Part shown: positions 55,377-64,000 of the stretch, piece by piece
Position numbering within the stretch: position 1 is the first letter of the stretch
Layout of the letters: each line of letters starts with the position of its first letter
Assembly (NCBI GenBank): GCA_965656315.1
Contig: CBFHKC010000006.1
Location: forward strand, 23,481-87,480
DNA: 64,000 bases
Reading direction: 5' to 3'
DNA from: an uncultured Schleiferiaceae bacterium
GTDB taxonomy: Bacteria > Bacteroidota > Bacteroidia > Flavobacteriales > Schleiferiaceae
Notes under the pieces: model-generated
What the model saw: only the letters and a program-made list of their open reading frames with translations
What the model was told of the DNA's origin: nothing
The model's database searches: none
Position numbers and translations under genes: made by a program

Positions 55377-56392
55377 AGTGCTGCCAATACAGATTTCACC
55401 TTTTTGATATGCTCTGGGGTGATGTCTAGGTGGAACACCATTCTACATTTTCCGGGTCCCATCTGACTAATACCAATTCCTTTCTCTGCCAACCCGGCAA
55501 TGAAATCGTCTTGGTTGAAATCTTCGTGAAGTCCGAATATCAACACATTCGTTTCCGGCGCGATCACTCTATCTACATAGGATAGGGTTTGTAAGAAGTC
55601 TGCCATATCTCGAGCTGCTGCATGATCTTCTGCTAAGCGTTCCACGTTATGCTCCATGGCATACAGTGCAGCCCCAGCTAAGAATCCGGCCTGTCTCCAT
55701 CCGCCTCCGATACGTTTACGAATGCGTTTTGCATGAGCGATGAATGCGTCATTCCCTAAAAGAATAGAGCCGACAGGTGCGCCGAGTCCTTTCGATAAGC
55801 AGATCGATATAGAGTCGAACGCAGCTCCATAGTCACTTTCGTTGTGTCCTTTGGCAACAAGTGCGTTATAGAGTCGAGCGCCGTCAAGGTGAAAAAGTAA
55901 TCCATTTTTGCTTGCGACTGCTCGCAATGCCTCGATCTCTTCCCATTCGTAGCAGGTTCCACCGCCTTTGTTCGAGGTGTTCTCAACAGCTAAAACTCGG
56001 GTGCGGGGGAAGTGAATGTCATCTGCTTTGATGCACGAAAGGACACCTTCAGGGTGCATAATTCCGCGATCGTCACCTGTGAAAGCCACAGAAGCGTGCG
56101 CGTTTGCCGCGATTCCACCGCCTTCGTAGTTATAAATGTGGGCGTAGGGGTGGCAAACAACTTGGTCACCGGGGCTAAGATGCGACATCAGAGCGATCTG
56201 GTTGGCCTGTGTTCCAGAGACACAAAATAGCGCTCCGTCCATGCCGAAACGCTCTGCCATTAAGGACTCAAGGCGCCGTACAGTAGGGTCGTCGCCTAGG
56301 ACGTCGTCTCCCACAGGACTTTCTATCATGGCTTTTTTCATGGCGTCGCTAGGACGAGTAACGGTGTCGCTACGAAGGTCAACAGTAAACAT
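55373..56392 (-). CDS. ltaE: low-specificity L-threonine aldolase (PLP-dependent, beta-eliminating lyase family)
   Basis: It carries DLRSDTVTRPS, GTQANQIAL and the PLP-lysine context CLSKGLGAPVGS. Confidence 0.85.
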   Translation of the reverse strand: MFTVDLRSDTVTRPSDAMKKAMIESPVGDDVLGDDPTVRRLESLMAERFGMDGALFCVSGTQANQIALMSHLSPGDQVVCHPYAHIYNYEGGGIAANAHASVAFTGDDRGIMHPEGVLSCIKADDIHFPRTRVLAVENTSNKGGGTCYEWEEIEALRAVASKNGLLFHLDGARLYNALVAKGHNESDYGAAFDSISICLSKGLGAPVGSILLGNDAFIAHAKRIRKRIGGGWRQAGFLAGAALYAMEHNVERLAEDHAAARDMADFLQTLSYVDRVIAPETNVLIFGLHEDFNQDDFIAGLAEKGIGISQMGPGKCRMVFHLDITPEHIKKVKSVLAAL

Positions 56393-56435
56393 AAATGCAT
56401 TCTTTAGATCGTTCGTGAAGATAAGAAGGGATGCT

Positions 56436-56443
56436 TAACTTTG
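56436..56443 (+). promoter_or_regulatory. possible -7 promoter box (TAACTTTG) only 6 nt upstream of the prfB ATG
   Basis: This is a perfect TAnnTTTG match, but the very short spacing would imply a near-leaderless mRNA. The call is low-confidence. Confidence 0.3.
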
Positions 56444-56449
56444 TAGCTT

Positions 56450-57556
56450 ATGGTTACAGCAGAACAGATCAAAGCCTTGGGAGAGCGTTTGGAACGCTTA
56501 GAGAGTTATTTAAACCTCGAGCAAAAGAGAATTCACATCATTAACGAAGAAGAGAAGACGGCTTCTCCAGAGTTTTGGGACGACCCGAAAAAAGCGGAAG
56601 TAACGATGAAAGCCTTGCGTGGTGTGAAGTTTTGGGTAGAGGGCTACGAAAAGGCGGAGACCATGTTCGGTGAGGCAGAGCTGAGTTTGGAGTTTTTCAA
56701 AGAAGGCGAGCTCGAAGAAAGTGACGTTCAGGAGGCATATCAGGCTTGCGAGGATTGGATCGAGGAATTGGAGTTCAAGAACATGCTCAGCGGCGAAGAA
56801 GATAAACTGAGTGCGGTGTTGCAGATTACTGCCGGAGCAGGAGGTACCGAGAGTTGTGATTGGGCAAGCATGCTCATGCGTATGTATCTGATGTATGCAG
56901 AAAAGCAAGGGTTCAAGACGAAGGAATTGGTACTTCAAGAAGGTGATGTTGCTGGGATAAAAACTGTGACCATCGAGGTAGAGGGTGATTTTGCATTTGG
57001 CTTTTTAAAGGGCGAAAATGGCGTTCACAGACTCGTACGTATTTCACCGTTTGATTCGAATGCCAAGCGTCATACCAGTTTCGTGTCGGTGTATGTATTC
57101 CCACTTGTGGATGATACCATCGATATTAAGATCAACATGAGCGACATTACCTGGGATACATTCCGTTCTTCGGGAGCAGGTGGTCAGAACGTGAATAAGG
57201 TCGAGACAGGAGTGCGTCTAAGACACAAGCCTACTGGAATTATCATTGAGAATACAGAGACGCGATCCCAGTTAGGAAATAAGGAGAAGGCCATTCAGCT
57301 TTTGAAATCACAACTTTACGAGATGGAGATTGAAGCGCGTAATGCAAAACGAGCTGAGATTGAGGCTGGGAAAAAGAAGATTGAGTGGGGGTCGCAGATT
57401 CGTAACTACGTGATGCACCCGTATAAATTGGTCAAAGATGTGCGTACTGCTGAGGAGACTTCTGATGTGGACGGCGTAATGAATGGAAATATCGAACGAT
57501 TCCTTAAAGCCTTCTTGATGAAACAGGGCGAAAGCGCGAATGCGGACGAGTATTAA
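56450..57556 (+). CDS. prfB: peptide chain release factor 2, encoded in one uninterrupted frame
   Basis: It carries the SPF motif (RISPFDS), the GGQ motif ([10 protein letters not shown]) and the RF2-type N-terminus. Where many bacteria have the CTT TGA C frameshift site, the equivalent region reads TAT TTA AAC CTC (LESYLNLE) in frame. Confidence 0.95.
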   Translation: MVTAEQIKALGERLERLESYLNLEQKRIHIINEEEKTASPEFWDDPKKAEVTMKALRGVKFWVEGYEKAETMFGEAELSLEFFKEGELEESDVQEAYQACEDWIEELEFKNMLSGEEDKLSAVLQITAGAGGTESCDWASMLMRMYLMYAEKQGFKTKELVLQEGDVAGIKTVTIEVEGDFAFGFLKGENGVHRLVRISPFDSNAKRHTSFVSVYVFPLVDDTIDIKINMSDITWDTFRSSGAGGQNVNKVETGVRLRHKPTGIIIENTETRSQLGNKEKAIQLLKSQLYEMEIEARNAKRAEIEAGKKKIEWGSQIRNYVMHPYKLVKDVRTAEETSDVDGVMNGNIERFLKAFLMKQGESANADEY

Positions 57557-57625
57557 TTAGTGAACGGGCACATTCCGTGCACAAAACGCAGTGTAGATAG
57601 TTAGAATAGAAGCTATCTTGCTGTT

Positions 57626-60600
57626 ATGCGAAAACTCCTCGTTGCAATTTTTACCTTGACCTTCTGCGCGTTATTCGGGCAGCAAGGTTTTGTGCAGAAC
57701 GATGGACAGTGGGATGATCCTTCAAATTTCGTGTATCGTTTCGGGGCCAATTCTATATTCTTCACCCCAGATTCCATCGTATTTTCTATCCTCCAAGAGG
57801 AATGTCATGGCGCGGAGCATTCCGGCCATCCTCATTTCTATGGTTCCGAAATCACCTTTGAGAGTTTCGCTTTGCAGACCTCCACAAACCAAACATTTCG
57901 ATGGGAGGGTGTTGAAAAAATCAGGGATAATCAGCATTATTTTGTTGGACCAAGCGATCGCTGGAGAACAGATGTATCGAGTTATGGTACCTTGATTGCG
58001 AAGGAAGTGTATCCACATATCGACCTTCGTGTATATCCTCTTGGGGACGGCTTGAAATACGATTGGATTGTGCATCCAGGTGGTGATGTAGATCAGATCG
58101 AAGTGCGTTATTCTGGGGTTGAAAAGCTACGAGTGGGCAGAAAGAAATTGGTCCTGCATACTACACGAAGCACCTTTAAGGAAGAACTTCCACGTGCCTA
58201 TCAGGGCGACGCAGATATCGAAGTAGATTACGAGCAGACAGGCGATTATACGGCGAAAATTCGTGCTGATTTTTACGATACTACACGAACGTTGGTGATC
58301 GATCCAGTATACATTTTTAGTACCTACAGTGGCTCCACAGCAGATAACTTTGGCTATACCTCTACCTTCGATGATTTGGGTAATGCCTTCGGGGGTGGGA
58401 TCGTTTTTGGCGCGGGATATCCAGTGACCTTAGGAGCCATAGACACCAGCTTTTCAGGTGGTCTTTTTGACGCAGCGATCAGTAAATTTTCCTCTGATGG
58501 TACGCAACTACTATGGTCCACCCACCTCGGTGGCTCAGATTTAGATCAGCCGCACAGTTTAGAATGTGATGAAAACGGAAACCTGTACATTCTGGGCATC
58601 ACTGGGAGTTCTGATTTTAGTGTAGTGCCTTCTTCTTATGACACGAGTTATGGAGGAGGTACAGCTCAACTTTTTGACTATCTCACTTTTGCCAATGGTA
58701 CAGATGTTTTTGTTGCTGCACTTTCTGCGAATGGGGACTCACTTTTAGGCGCTACGTATTTAGGTGGTGCTTCAAACGAAGGCTGTAATGATGATTTAGC
58801 GTTTAATTATGGCGATAGTTTCCGCGGCGAGATCGAAGTACAGCGAGGGGGTGGCGATGTGTTTATTGTTTCATCTGCTGTAGGCAGTGGCTATCCAGTA
58901 ACCGCAGATGGGAAAGGCTATATCGGCGGTCAGGACGGAGTGATTTCAGTGTTGAACCGCAATCTGGACACCTTGATTACGAGTACCTACGTAGGTACCA
59001 AGGGGGATGATGCGCTATACAGTATCGCCCTAGCAGAGAAGCAAGGCAACTCTACTCATTCTAGTCGCATCTTTCTCGCAGGAGGGGTGGATACGGACTC
59101 CAGCTTTGTGTTTTTGGGCCAGGATTCCTTACAGGTAAATACCATCGGCGGTCATAGTGGACTTTTGATTGCGGCACATTATGATAACGGCCTGCAACTC
59201 TTGGCTGCTGATGCTACCTATGATTCTGGGTATGATCAGCACTATTTCGTAGAAGTGAATCATCCTAGTGATACGGCTACACAGATTACCGTGATGGGGC
59301 AAAACAAAGGTGGAATAACAGCTAGTGACACCTTACTTTGGGGACAGGCTGGTAGCGCCCAATATTTCAGCCAGTACAACTACAATTCACTAACCTTGGG
59401 ATTTGATAAGGGGCGGACCGCTGTATGGGGTACAGGACAAACGAATGAGATAGATGTTAGTCCCACGGCGCTACTCGTAGACTACTGTGGGAATTTATAT
59501 TTCAGTGGTTGGGGAGGATCGCCAAACTATGAGGGCAATACTGAAGATCTATGGACCTCACCAAATGCTCCACAGTCGACAACAGATGGTGAAGACTTTT
59601 ATTTTATTGTACTTCGCAAAGATTGGAAGGATGCCGAGATAGCGACATTTTGGGGAGGTTCTGGACGAGAACATGTCGATGGTGGAACTTCTCGCTTTGA
59701 CTCTAGGGGGCGCATCTTCCAAGCGGTTTGTGCCGGTTGTGGAGGGAATTCGAGCTACCCGGCTTTTCCTTCGAATGCTTACAGTACGACGAACAACAGC
59801 ATCAACTGTAATCTGGCAGTAACCGTGATCGATCTCGACGTACAGCAAGCTTCTACCTCCGTCAGTGCTCCGTTAGAATTTTGCTTTCCGAACGGCTTGT
59901 CCTTGACCGATTCCTCAGAAAATGTGGATATATGGGATGTATTTTGGGGCGATGGCCAGTTCAGTTTAAACGATACTACGCTCGGTGGGCATTATTACCC
60001 TGCACCGGGCACTTATGACGTGGTTTTGATTGGACAAGACACCACGTGCGATACGTGGGATACGACGGCGCTGTCTGTTGCTGTGCTGCCACCCTTTGAT
60101 AGTGTTTTCGTGGAGTTGGATTATGATTCTTGTGCCTATGGAATGTCCGGCACCAATTTTTTATTCGCCGAAGTTCGTTCCGTACAGGATTCATCACTTA
60201 CTAGTTATGATGTCACTTGGCAATATACCACTTCATCAGGCTCCAGTTATTTTGACACGGGTACCCAATTTTCAAACCCCTTAGGCCAAACAGGCATGAA
60301 CGTTTTGTCGGTATCTGTCTATGATCCCACTTGCGGCATCACTCAGCTGTTCTCTTACACGGTTGAATTCAAACGTCCACCTTCTGCTGGAATACTCAGC
60401 GACATTCCGGCGTGTACTGCGACGGATCCAGCGGAATTCACACCATTGTACAATACAAATAGCTTTGCTTGGTTTGTAAACGGCGATTCTTTAGCCGGTA
60501 ATGGAAATCTGGAGCTCACACAAACAGGGAACTACGAAATCATTCTAGTGGCCTACGACAAGGCGTGTGGGACTACGGATAGCGCTGTAATTGATGTAGA

Positions 60601-60889
60601 TTTAGTTGGGGCAGATACCGTCCTTGCTGTACCTAATGTGATTACTCCGAATGCAGACGGACGAAACGATACATGGCGTCTCTCTGGCTCTACAGATTGG
60701 GATGAGTTCCATATTATTCTATTTAATCGTTGGGGAGTAAAGGTTTTTGAAACGCGTGCTCCTACCTTCGATTGGGGGGCGGATTATGATGGTAAAACTT
60801 TGTCTCCAGGAGTGTATTTTTACCAAGTCCAAGCCAAAAACATTTGCTCGGACATTCAACAAGAAGGAACCCTACATATTACTTATTAA
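57626..60889 (+). CDS. large secreted protein with beta-propeller-like (SBBP-type) repeats, PKD-like domains and a T9SS type-B (gliding-motility-associated, CHU_C-like) C-terminal domain
   Basis: It has a signal peptide and an N-terminal FVQNDGQWDDP motif. The C-terminus VPNVITPNADGRNDTWRL..FHIILFNRWGVKVFE..GVYFYQVQA matches the type-B CTD pattern. Confidence 0.85.
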   Translation: MRKLLVAIFTLTFCALFGQQGFVQNDGQWDDPSNFVYRFGANSIFFTPDSIVFSILQEECHGAEHSGHPHFYGSEITFESFALQTSTNQTFRWEGVEKIRDNQHYFVGPSDRWRTDVSSYGTLIAKEVYPHIDLRVYPLGDGLKYDWIVHPGGDVDQIEVRYSGVEKLRVGRKKLVLHTTRSTFKEELPRAYQGDADIEVDYEQTGDYTAKIRADFYDTTRTLVIDPVYIFSTYSGSTADNFGYTSTFDDLGNAFGGGIVFGAGYPVTLGAIDTSFSGGLFDAAISKFSSDGTQLLWSTHLGGSDLDQPHSLECDENGNLYILGITGSSDFSVVPSSYDTSYGGGTAQLFDYLTFANGTDVFVAALSANGDSLLGATYLGGASNEGCNDDLAFNYGDSFRGEIEVQRGGGDVFIVSSAVGSGYPVTADGKGYIGGQDGVISVLNRNLDTLITSTYVGTKGDDALYSIALAEKQGNSTHSSRIFLAGGVDTDSSFVFLGQDSLQVNTIGGHSGLLIAAHYDNGLQLLAADATYDSGYDQHYFVEVNHPSDTATQITVMGQNKGGITASDTLLWGQAGSAQYFSQYNYNSLTLGFDKGRTAVWGTGQTNEIDVSPTALLVDYCGNLYFSGWGGSPNYEGNTEDLWTSPNAPQSTTDGEDFYFIVLRKDWKDAEIATFWGGSGREHVDGGTSRFDSRGRIFQAVCAGCGGNSSYPAFPSNAYSTTNNSINCNLAVTVIDLDVQQASTSVSAPLEFCFPNGLSLTDSSENVDIWDVFWGDGQFSLNDTTLGGHYYPAPGTYDVVLIGQDTTCDTWDTTALSVAVLPPFDSVFVELDYDSCAYGMSGTNFLFAEVRSVQDSSLTSYDVTWQYTTSSGSSYFDTGTQFSNPLGQTGMNVLSVSVYDPTCGITQLFSYTVEFKRPPSAGILSDIPACTATDPAEFTPLYNTNSFAWFVNGDSLAGNGNLELTQTGNYEIILVAYDKACGTTDSAVIDVDLVGADTVLAVPNVITPNADGRNDTWRLSGSTDWDEFHIILFNRWGVKVFETRAPTFDWGADYDGKTLSPGVYFYQVQAKNICSDIQQEGTLHITY

Positions 60890-60891
60890 AT

Positions 60892-61239
60892 ATGGTGACC
60901 ATTTACCACAATCCACGCTGTCAGAAATCACGTGAAGCATTGAAAATGCTCGAAGAAAAAGGTGTAGAGCACAAGGTTCGTCTCTACATGAAAGACGAAG
61001 AAAGCATGTCTATGGATGAGTTCGAGCAAGTGCTTGAAGCCTTAGATATGGATGCGGAAGATCTAGTACGCATAAAGGAGACGCTCTGGAAGGAGGAGTT
61101 CAAAGAACTTGAGCTTGATGAAGATGAAATCATTCTAGCAATGATCGAGCACCCTAAGCTTATGGAGCGCCCGATTATCATGAACGGCAATAAGGCCATT
61201 ATTGCTCGACCTGCGGAAAAAATGGAAGAGGTGCTATAA
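60892..61239 (+). CDS. ArsC/Spx-family (glutaredoxin-fold) arsenate-reductase-like protein
   Basis: MVTIYHNPRCQKSREAL has the N-terminal catalytic Cys context, and ERPIIMNG lies near the C-terminus. The start was trimmed to ATG 60892, 2 nt after the upstream stop. Confidence 0.8.
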   Translation: MVTIYHNPRCQKSREALKMLEEKGVEHKVRLYMKDEESMSMDEFEQVLEALDMDAEDLVRIKETLWKEEFKELELDEDEIILAMIEHPKLMERPIIMNGNKAIIARPAEKMEEVL

Positions 61240-61265
61240 CGTCCTTTTAAGAAAACTATAAGGCA

Positions 61266-61301
61266 TAAAAAAGCCGCTTTCTATACAGAGAGCGGCTTTT
61301 T
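61266..61301. terminator. bidirectional rho-independent terminator
   Basis: An A-run is followed by a perfect 8-bp stem AAGCCGCT/AGCGGCTT with a 12-nt loop and then TTT. It serves the ArsC-family gene (+) and the small minus-strand ORF. Confidence 0.85.
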
Positions 61302-61322
61302 ATTATAGTGTCGAAGCTGAGT

Positions 61323-61493
61323 TTATTCAGCAGTTTCTTCTTTGTGTCCGATGAGTGCATGAGCAATTTTCGGATTGATCGCTTCAAGTCCAATTAGAGT
61401 GAGCCAGTACCCAACGAAGAGGCCTAAGAAAGCCAACATTGAAAAGCCCATTAGTGCTACAGCCAAGAAGAGTAAGAATCCTACAAATTTCAT
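61323..61493 (-). CDS. 56-aa hydrophobic small membrane protein (absent from the ORF track)
   Basis: My hand translation is MKFVGFLLFLAVALMGFSMLAFLGLFVGYWLTLIGLEAINPKIAHALIGHKEETAE. It has its own TAnnTTTG box upstream and a strong terminator downstream. Confidence 0.55.
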   Translation of the reverse strand: MKFVGFLLFLAVALMGFSMLAFLGLFVGYWLTLIGLEAINPKIAHALIGHKEETAE

Positions 61494-61516
61494 GATCTAT
61501 TTCTTTAAATACTCGC

Positions 61517-61524
61517 CAAAGATA
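61517..61524 (-). promoter_or_regulatory. -7 promoter box (TATCTTTG) for the 56-aa ORF
   Basis: The minus strand reads TATCTTTG, 23 nt upstream of ATG 61493. Confidence 0.5.
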
Positions 61525-61617
61525 AGCACTGCTTCCTTTTCGATACTACATCGGTGCTGATTTTTTTATGGCTATCAAGATAGCAGAAGAAAATACGGAT
61601 GGAGGGAATCTGTACCC

Positions 61618-61625
61618 TAAATTTG
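61618..61625 (+). promoter_or_regulatory. -7 promoter box (TAAATTTG) for fumC
   Basis: TAAATTTG lies 46 nt upstream of ATG 61672. Confidence 0.45.
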
Positions 61626-61671
61626 CGGAGCAAATGAGATAGACCAACCTTTTTATAAAAATCATAAGAGC

Positions 61672-63066
61672 ATGGAATACAGAATAGAACACGACACCAT
61701 GGGTGAAGTGAAGGTACCAGCAACTAAATATTGGGGTGCTCAAACCGAGCGTTCAAGAAATAACTTTAAGATCGGTCCTGCGGGAACTATGCCCCTAGAA
61801 ATTATCGAGGGTTTTGCCTATTTGAAAAAGGCTGCGGCTTATGCGAATTGCGATGCTGGGGTGCTCACTGAGCAAAAGCGTGATTTGATCGCTGCGGTTT
61901 GTGATGAGATACTCGCTGGCAAGCATAACGACGAGTTCCCGCTAGTTGTATGGCAAACGGGTTCTGGAACACAGAGCAACATGAATACAAATGAGGTGAT
62001 CTCCAACCGTGCACATGTACTTGCAGGAGGAACCTTAGGTGAAGGCGAAAAGTTGATTCACCCGAACGATGATGTGAATAAGAGCCAAAGTTCAAATGAC
62101 ACGTTTCCAACGGGTATGCACATTGCGATCTACAAGAAATTGGTCGAGGTGACTATTCCAGGAGTGGAGTTGCTGCGCGACACTCTTGAGAAGAAGAGCA
62201 AGGAGTTTTGGAATGTAGTTAAGATCGGTCGTACGCACCTTATGGATGCAACACCGCTGACGGTAGGTCAAGAATTTTCAGGGTATGTGAGCCAGTTGAA
62301 CCACGGGTTGAAAGCTTTGCGAAATACGTTGGATCACATGAGCGAAGTTGCACTGGGTGGAACTGCCGTAGGTACAGGAATTAATACACCTGAGGGCTAT
62401 TCTGAGACTGTAGCGAAGTACATTGCTGAGTTCACAGGTATGCCGTTCCGAACGGCGGAGAATAAATTTGAAGCACTTGCAGCACATGATGCGCTTGTGG
62501 AATCGCATGGTGCTTTGAACCAATTGGCCGTGAGTTTGAATAAGATTGCGAACGACATTCGTATGCTTGCTTCAGGTCCACGTTCCGGGATCGGTGAGTT
62601 GATCATTCCTGCAAATGAGCCGGGATCTTCTATCATGCCGGGTAAGGTGAATCCTACGCAAGCTGAAGCAATGACTATGGTTTGCGCCCAAGTAATGGGT
62701 AACCAAACCGCGGTCACCGTGGGTGGAGCACAAGGCCACTACGAACTGAATGTTTTCAAGCCGGTTATGGCCTACAACGTATTGCAGAGTGCAGAGCTGA
62801 TAGGTGATGCGTGTGTAAGCTTCAATGAAAATTGTGCCGTAGGAATCGAGCCGAACTATAAAGCGATCGAAAACCATTTGAACAACTCGTTGATGTTGGT
62901 TACGGCGTTGAATACTAAAATTGGGTATGAGGCAGCGGCTAAAATCGCTAAAACCGCACATGAGAATGGCACCACCCTCAAAGAAGAAGCGGTGAATCTT
63001 GGCTACTTAACGGCGGATGAATTCGACGCTTGGGTACGTCCAGAGCAAATGTGTGGAAAGTTGTAA
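61672..63066 (+). CDS. fumC: class II fumarate hydratase
   Basis: It carries [16 protein letters not shown], the [16 protein letters not shown] signature loop and [14 protein letters not shown]. Confidence 0.95.
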   Translation: MEYRIEHDTMGEVKVPATKYWGAQTERSRNNFKIGPAGTMPLEIIEGFAYLKKAAAYANCDAGVLTEQKRDLIAAVCDEILAGKHNDEFPLVVWQTGSGTQSNMNTNEVISNRAHVLAGGTLGEGEKLIHPNDDVNKSQSSNDTFPTGMHIAIYKKLVEVTIPGVELLRDTLEKKSKEFWNVVKIGRTHLMDATPLTVGQEFSGYVSQLNHGLKALRNTLDHMSEVALGGTAVGTGINTPEGYSETVAKYIAEFTGMPFRTAENKFEALAAHDALVESHGALNQLAVSLNKIANDIRMLASGPRSGIGELIIPANEPGSSIMPGKVNPTQAEAMTMVCAQVMGNQTAVTVGGAQGHYELNVFKPVMAYNVLQSAELIGDACVSFNENCAVGIEPNYKAIENHLNNSLMLVTALNTKIGYEAAAKIAKTAHENGTTLKEEAVNLGYLTADEFDAWVRPEQMCGKL

Positions 63067-63096
63067 GAACTCTTCCTTACTTCGAGCTTAAACAAG

Positions 63097-63128
63097 AGCC
63101 AGTTTCCGTCATGGAGGCTGGCTTTTTT
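63097..63128. terminator. strong hairpin terminator after fumC, abutting the convergent gene's stop
   Basis: The stem AGCCAGTTTCC/GGAGGCTGGCT is 11 bp including 2 G-U pairs, with a 5-nt loop, followed by T6. Confidence 0.85.
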
Positions 63129-64000
63129 ATTTGACGAGTACCGTGTCGCTTTGTAATCGAAGTTCAAGCCAGCGGCGCAATTGCATGTTTTTTACACGAA
63201 CCTCTAATGGAGTCAATGTAGGGTCCCAAGTGACAAAGGCAACTGGTATGCGACTGCCTGAAGTGGAGTCTGTAATGCCGCCCTGTACGGTGCCGACGGA
63301 GAGGGCACTGATGCTCGGATAATTCACTTTAATTTCGTCAGCGAGGCTGGAAGGAATAAGTTGTTTTTCAAGGACTTGAAGCTCAGATTCAAGCTGATCG
63401 ATCTGGTCCTCAAAGTTCTTCGCCTCCGCACGTCCTTCGGAATAAAGATTGATCAATTTTGTCATCTCCAGTAACCCATCTTTCGGGTTCTCACCTTGCA
63501 CGATAGTCAGCTTCCCTTCGAAGATTTTAGTGAATTCTTCTTTCCACTTTGTGGTGAGATTTTCAGGAACTAAATCGCCGAAGAGCACGACGCTTACCTC
63601 AGGTGAGCCGCCATCAAAGGAAATGTCTTCTTTTACAATCTCCGCACCTGGGAATATGATCGTTTCTGCGACGTAAGTTTCGACGCGAGCCTGGCTCAAT
63701 GAATTGGTCACCGTACGGTAGAAAATCCAAATGGAAGGAATGATAATAACGACGATGGCAATAGAAAACCAGCGTTGAGTTTTCTTGCTGCGGATAGGGT
63801 CCAAAATCTCGACCATCGGAAAGCGGAGGTACCGTGTTACAATAGTCGTCGCGGTCGCGATGAGTACGCTGTTAATCAGAAACAAATAGAGTGCTCCGAA
63901 GAAATAATGCCAATCACCGTGCGCTAAACCAAAACCTGCGGTACACAATGGTGGCATTAACGCAGTAGCAATAGCAACCCCAGGAATCACATTAGATTTC
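63127..64000 (-). CDS. DUF389-family membrane protein, N-terminus beyond the window edge
   Basis: GVAIATALMPPLCTAGFGLAHGDW is the conserved DUF389 hydrophobic motif. The frame stays open to nt 64000, so the listed GTG at 63990 is internal. Confidence 0.7.
   Translation of the reverse strand, partial: KSNVIPGVAIATALMPPLCTAGFGLAHGDWHYFFGALYLFLINSVLIATATTIVTRYLRFPMVEILDPIRSKKTQRWFSIAIVVIIIPSIWIFYRTVTNSLSQARVETYVAETIIFPGAEIVKEDISFDGGSPEVSVVLFGDLVPENLTTKWKEEFTKIFEGKLTIVQGENPKDGLLEMTKLINLYSEGRAEAKNFEDQIDQLESELQVLEKQLIPSSLADEIKVNYPSISALSVGTVQGGITDSTSGSRIPVAFVTWDPTLTPLEVRVKNMQLRRWLELRLQSDTVLVK

Noticed and set aside
56510-56938. Long antisense ORFs: 142 aa opposite prfB, and others at 20055-20474, 45574-45960, 49269-49646, 62572-62961, 39136-39513 and 15557-15904.
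   Set aside because: Each lies fully inside a confidently identified sense gene. They have odd compositions (Ser/Arg/Cys/His-rich), no start context or promoter box and no recognisable motifs. These are typical shadow ORFs.
61525-61568. A weak hairpin (AGCACTG...CGGTGCT, 7 bp including a G-U pair, 20-nt loop) followed by T7.
   Set aside because: The stem is weak and the loop large. No plus-strand gene ends upstream of it, and it lies just upstream of the minus-strand promoter box. It is probably fortuitous or part of the promoter UP region.
1-64000. A scan for CRISPR arrays, tRNA/rRNA genes, transposases, integrases, prophage genes or long repeats.
   Set aside because: I found none. The intergenic spacers are short, mostly under 150 bp, and are accounted for by promoters, terminators and four small ORFs. 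The gene content and synteny are those of a conserved core region.

Overview
This is a core-chromosome segment of a Bacteroidota genome, most likely a gliding, T9SS-bearing member of Flavobacteriia. The evidence is a fused lpxC/fabZ, a SusC/SusD pair, porX, gldE-gldD, two T9SS C-terminal sorting domains, TAnnTTTG promoter boxes and A-rich rather than Shine-Dalgarno start contexts. I count about 72 densely packed protein genes, many joined by ATGA stop/start overlaps. I saw no rRNA, tRNA, CRISPR array, transposase, integrase or phage gene. In order, the window contains: the tail of a polysaccharide locus (sulfotransferase, Wzz-like, O-antigen-ligase-like); an orphan SusC/SusD pair; the lipid A operon (HD-lpxD-lpxC/fabZ-lpxA-ABC-efp); porX-tsaE-ald; proline dehydrogenase; aroB-aroA; a LysR-FKBP-hypothetical-hypothetical operon divergent from a LytS-type kinase/LytTR regulator/4-TM module; purK-purE; an Mla-like ABC pair; a T9SS cargo; a long mrp-nifU-serS-...-M16-methyltransferase gene string; L21/L27; an M16 peptidase pair; an HMA lipoprotein coupled to heme A synthase; mutY-ssb-gldE-gldD; HU; bS22-like peptide; RNase G; recX; ltaE; prfB; a large type-B T9SS protein; an ArsC-family gene; fumC; and DUF389. 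I do not see a clear-cut new defence or mobile system. The least explained parts are the two translationally coupled family-less secreted proteins at 21233-23238 behind a LysR/FKBP pair, the kinase-regulator-4TM module, the HMA-ctaA coupling, the Met-rich C-terminal extension of an M16 subunit, and four small ORFs below the 60-aa cutoff of the ORF track. All family calls were made by eye from motifs and remembered synteny. No database search or computation was run.
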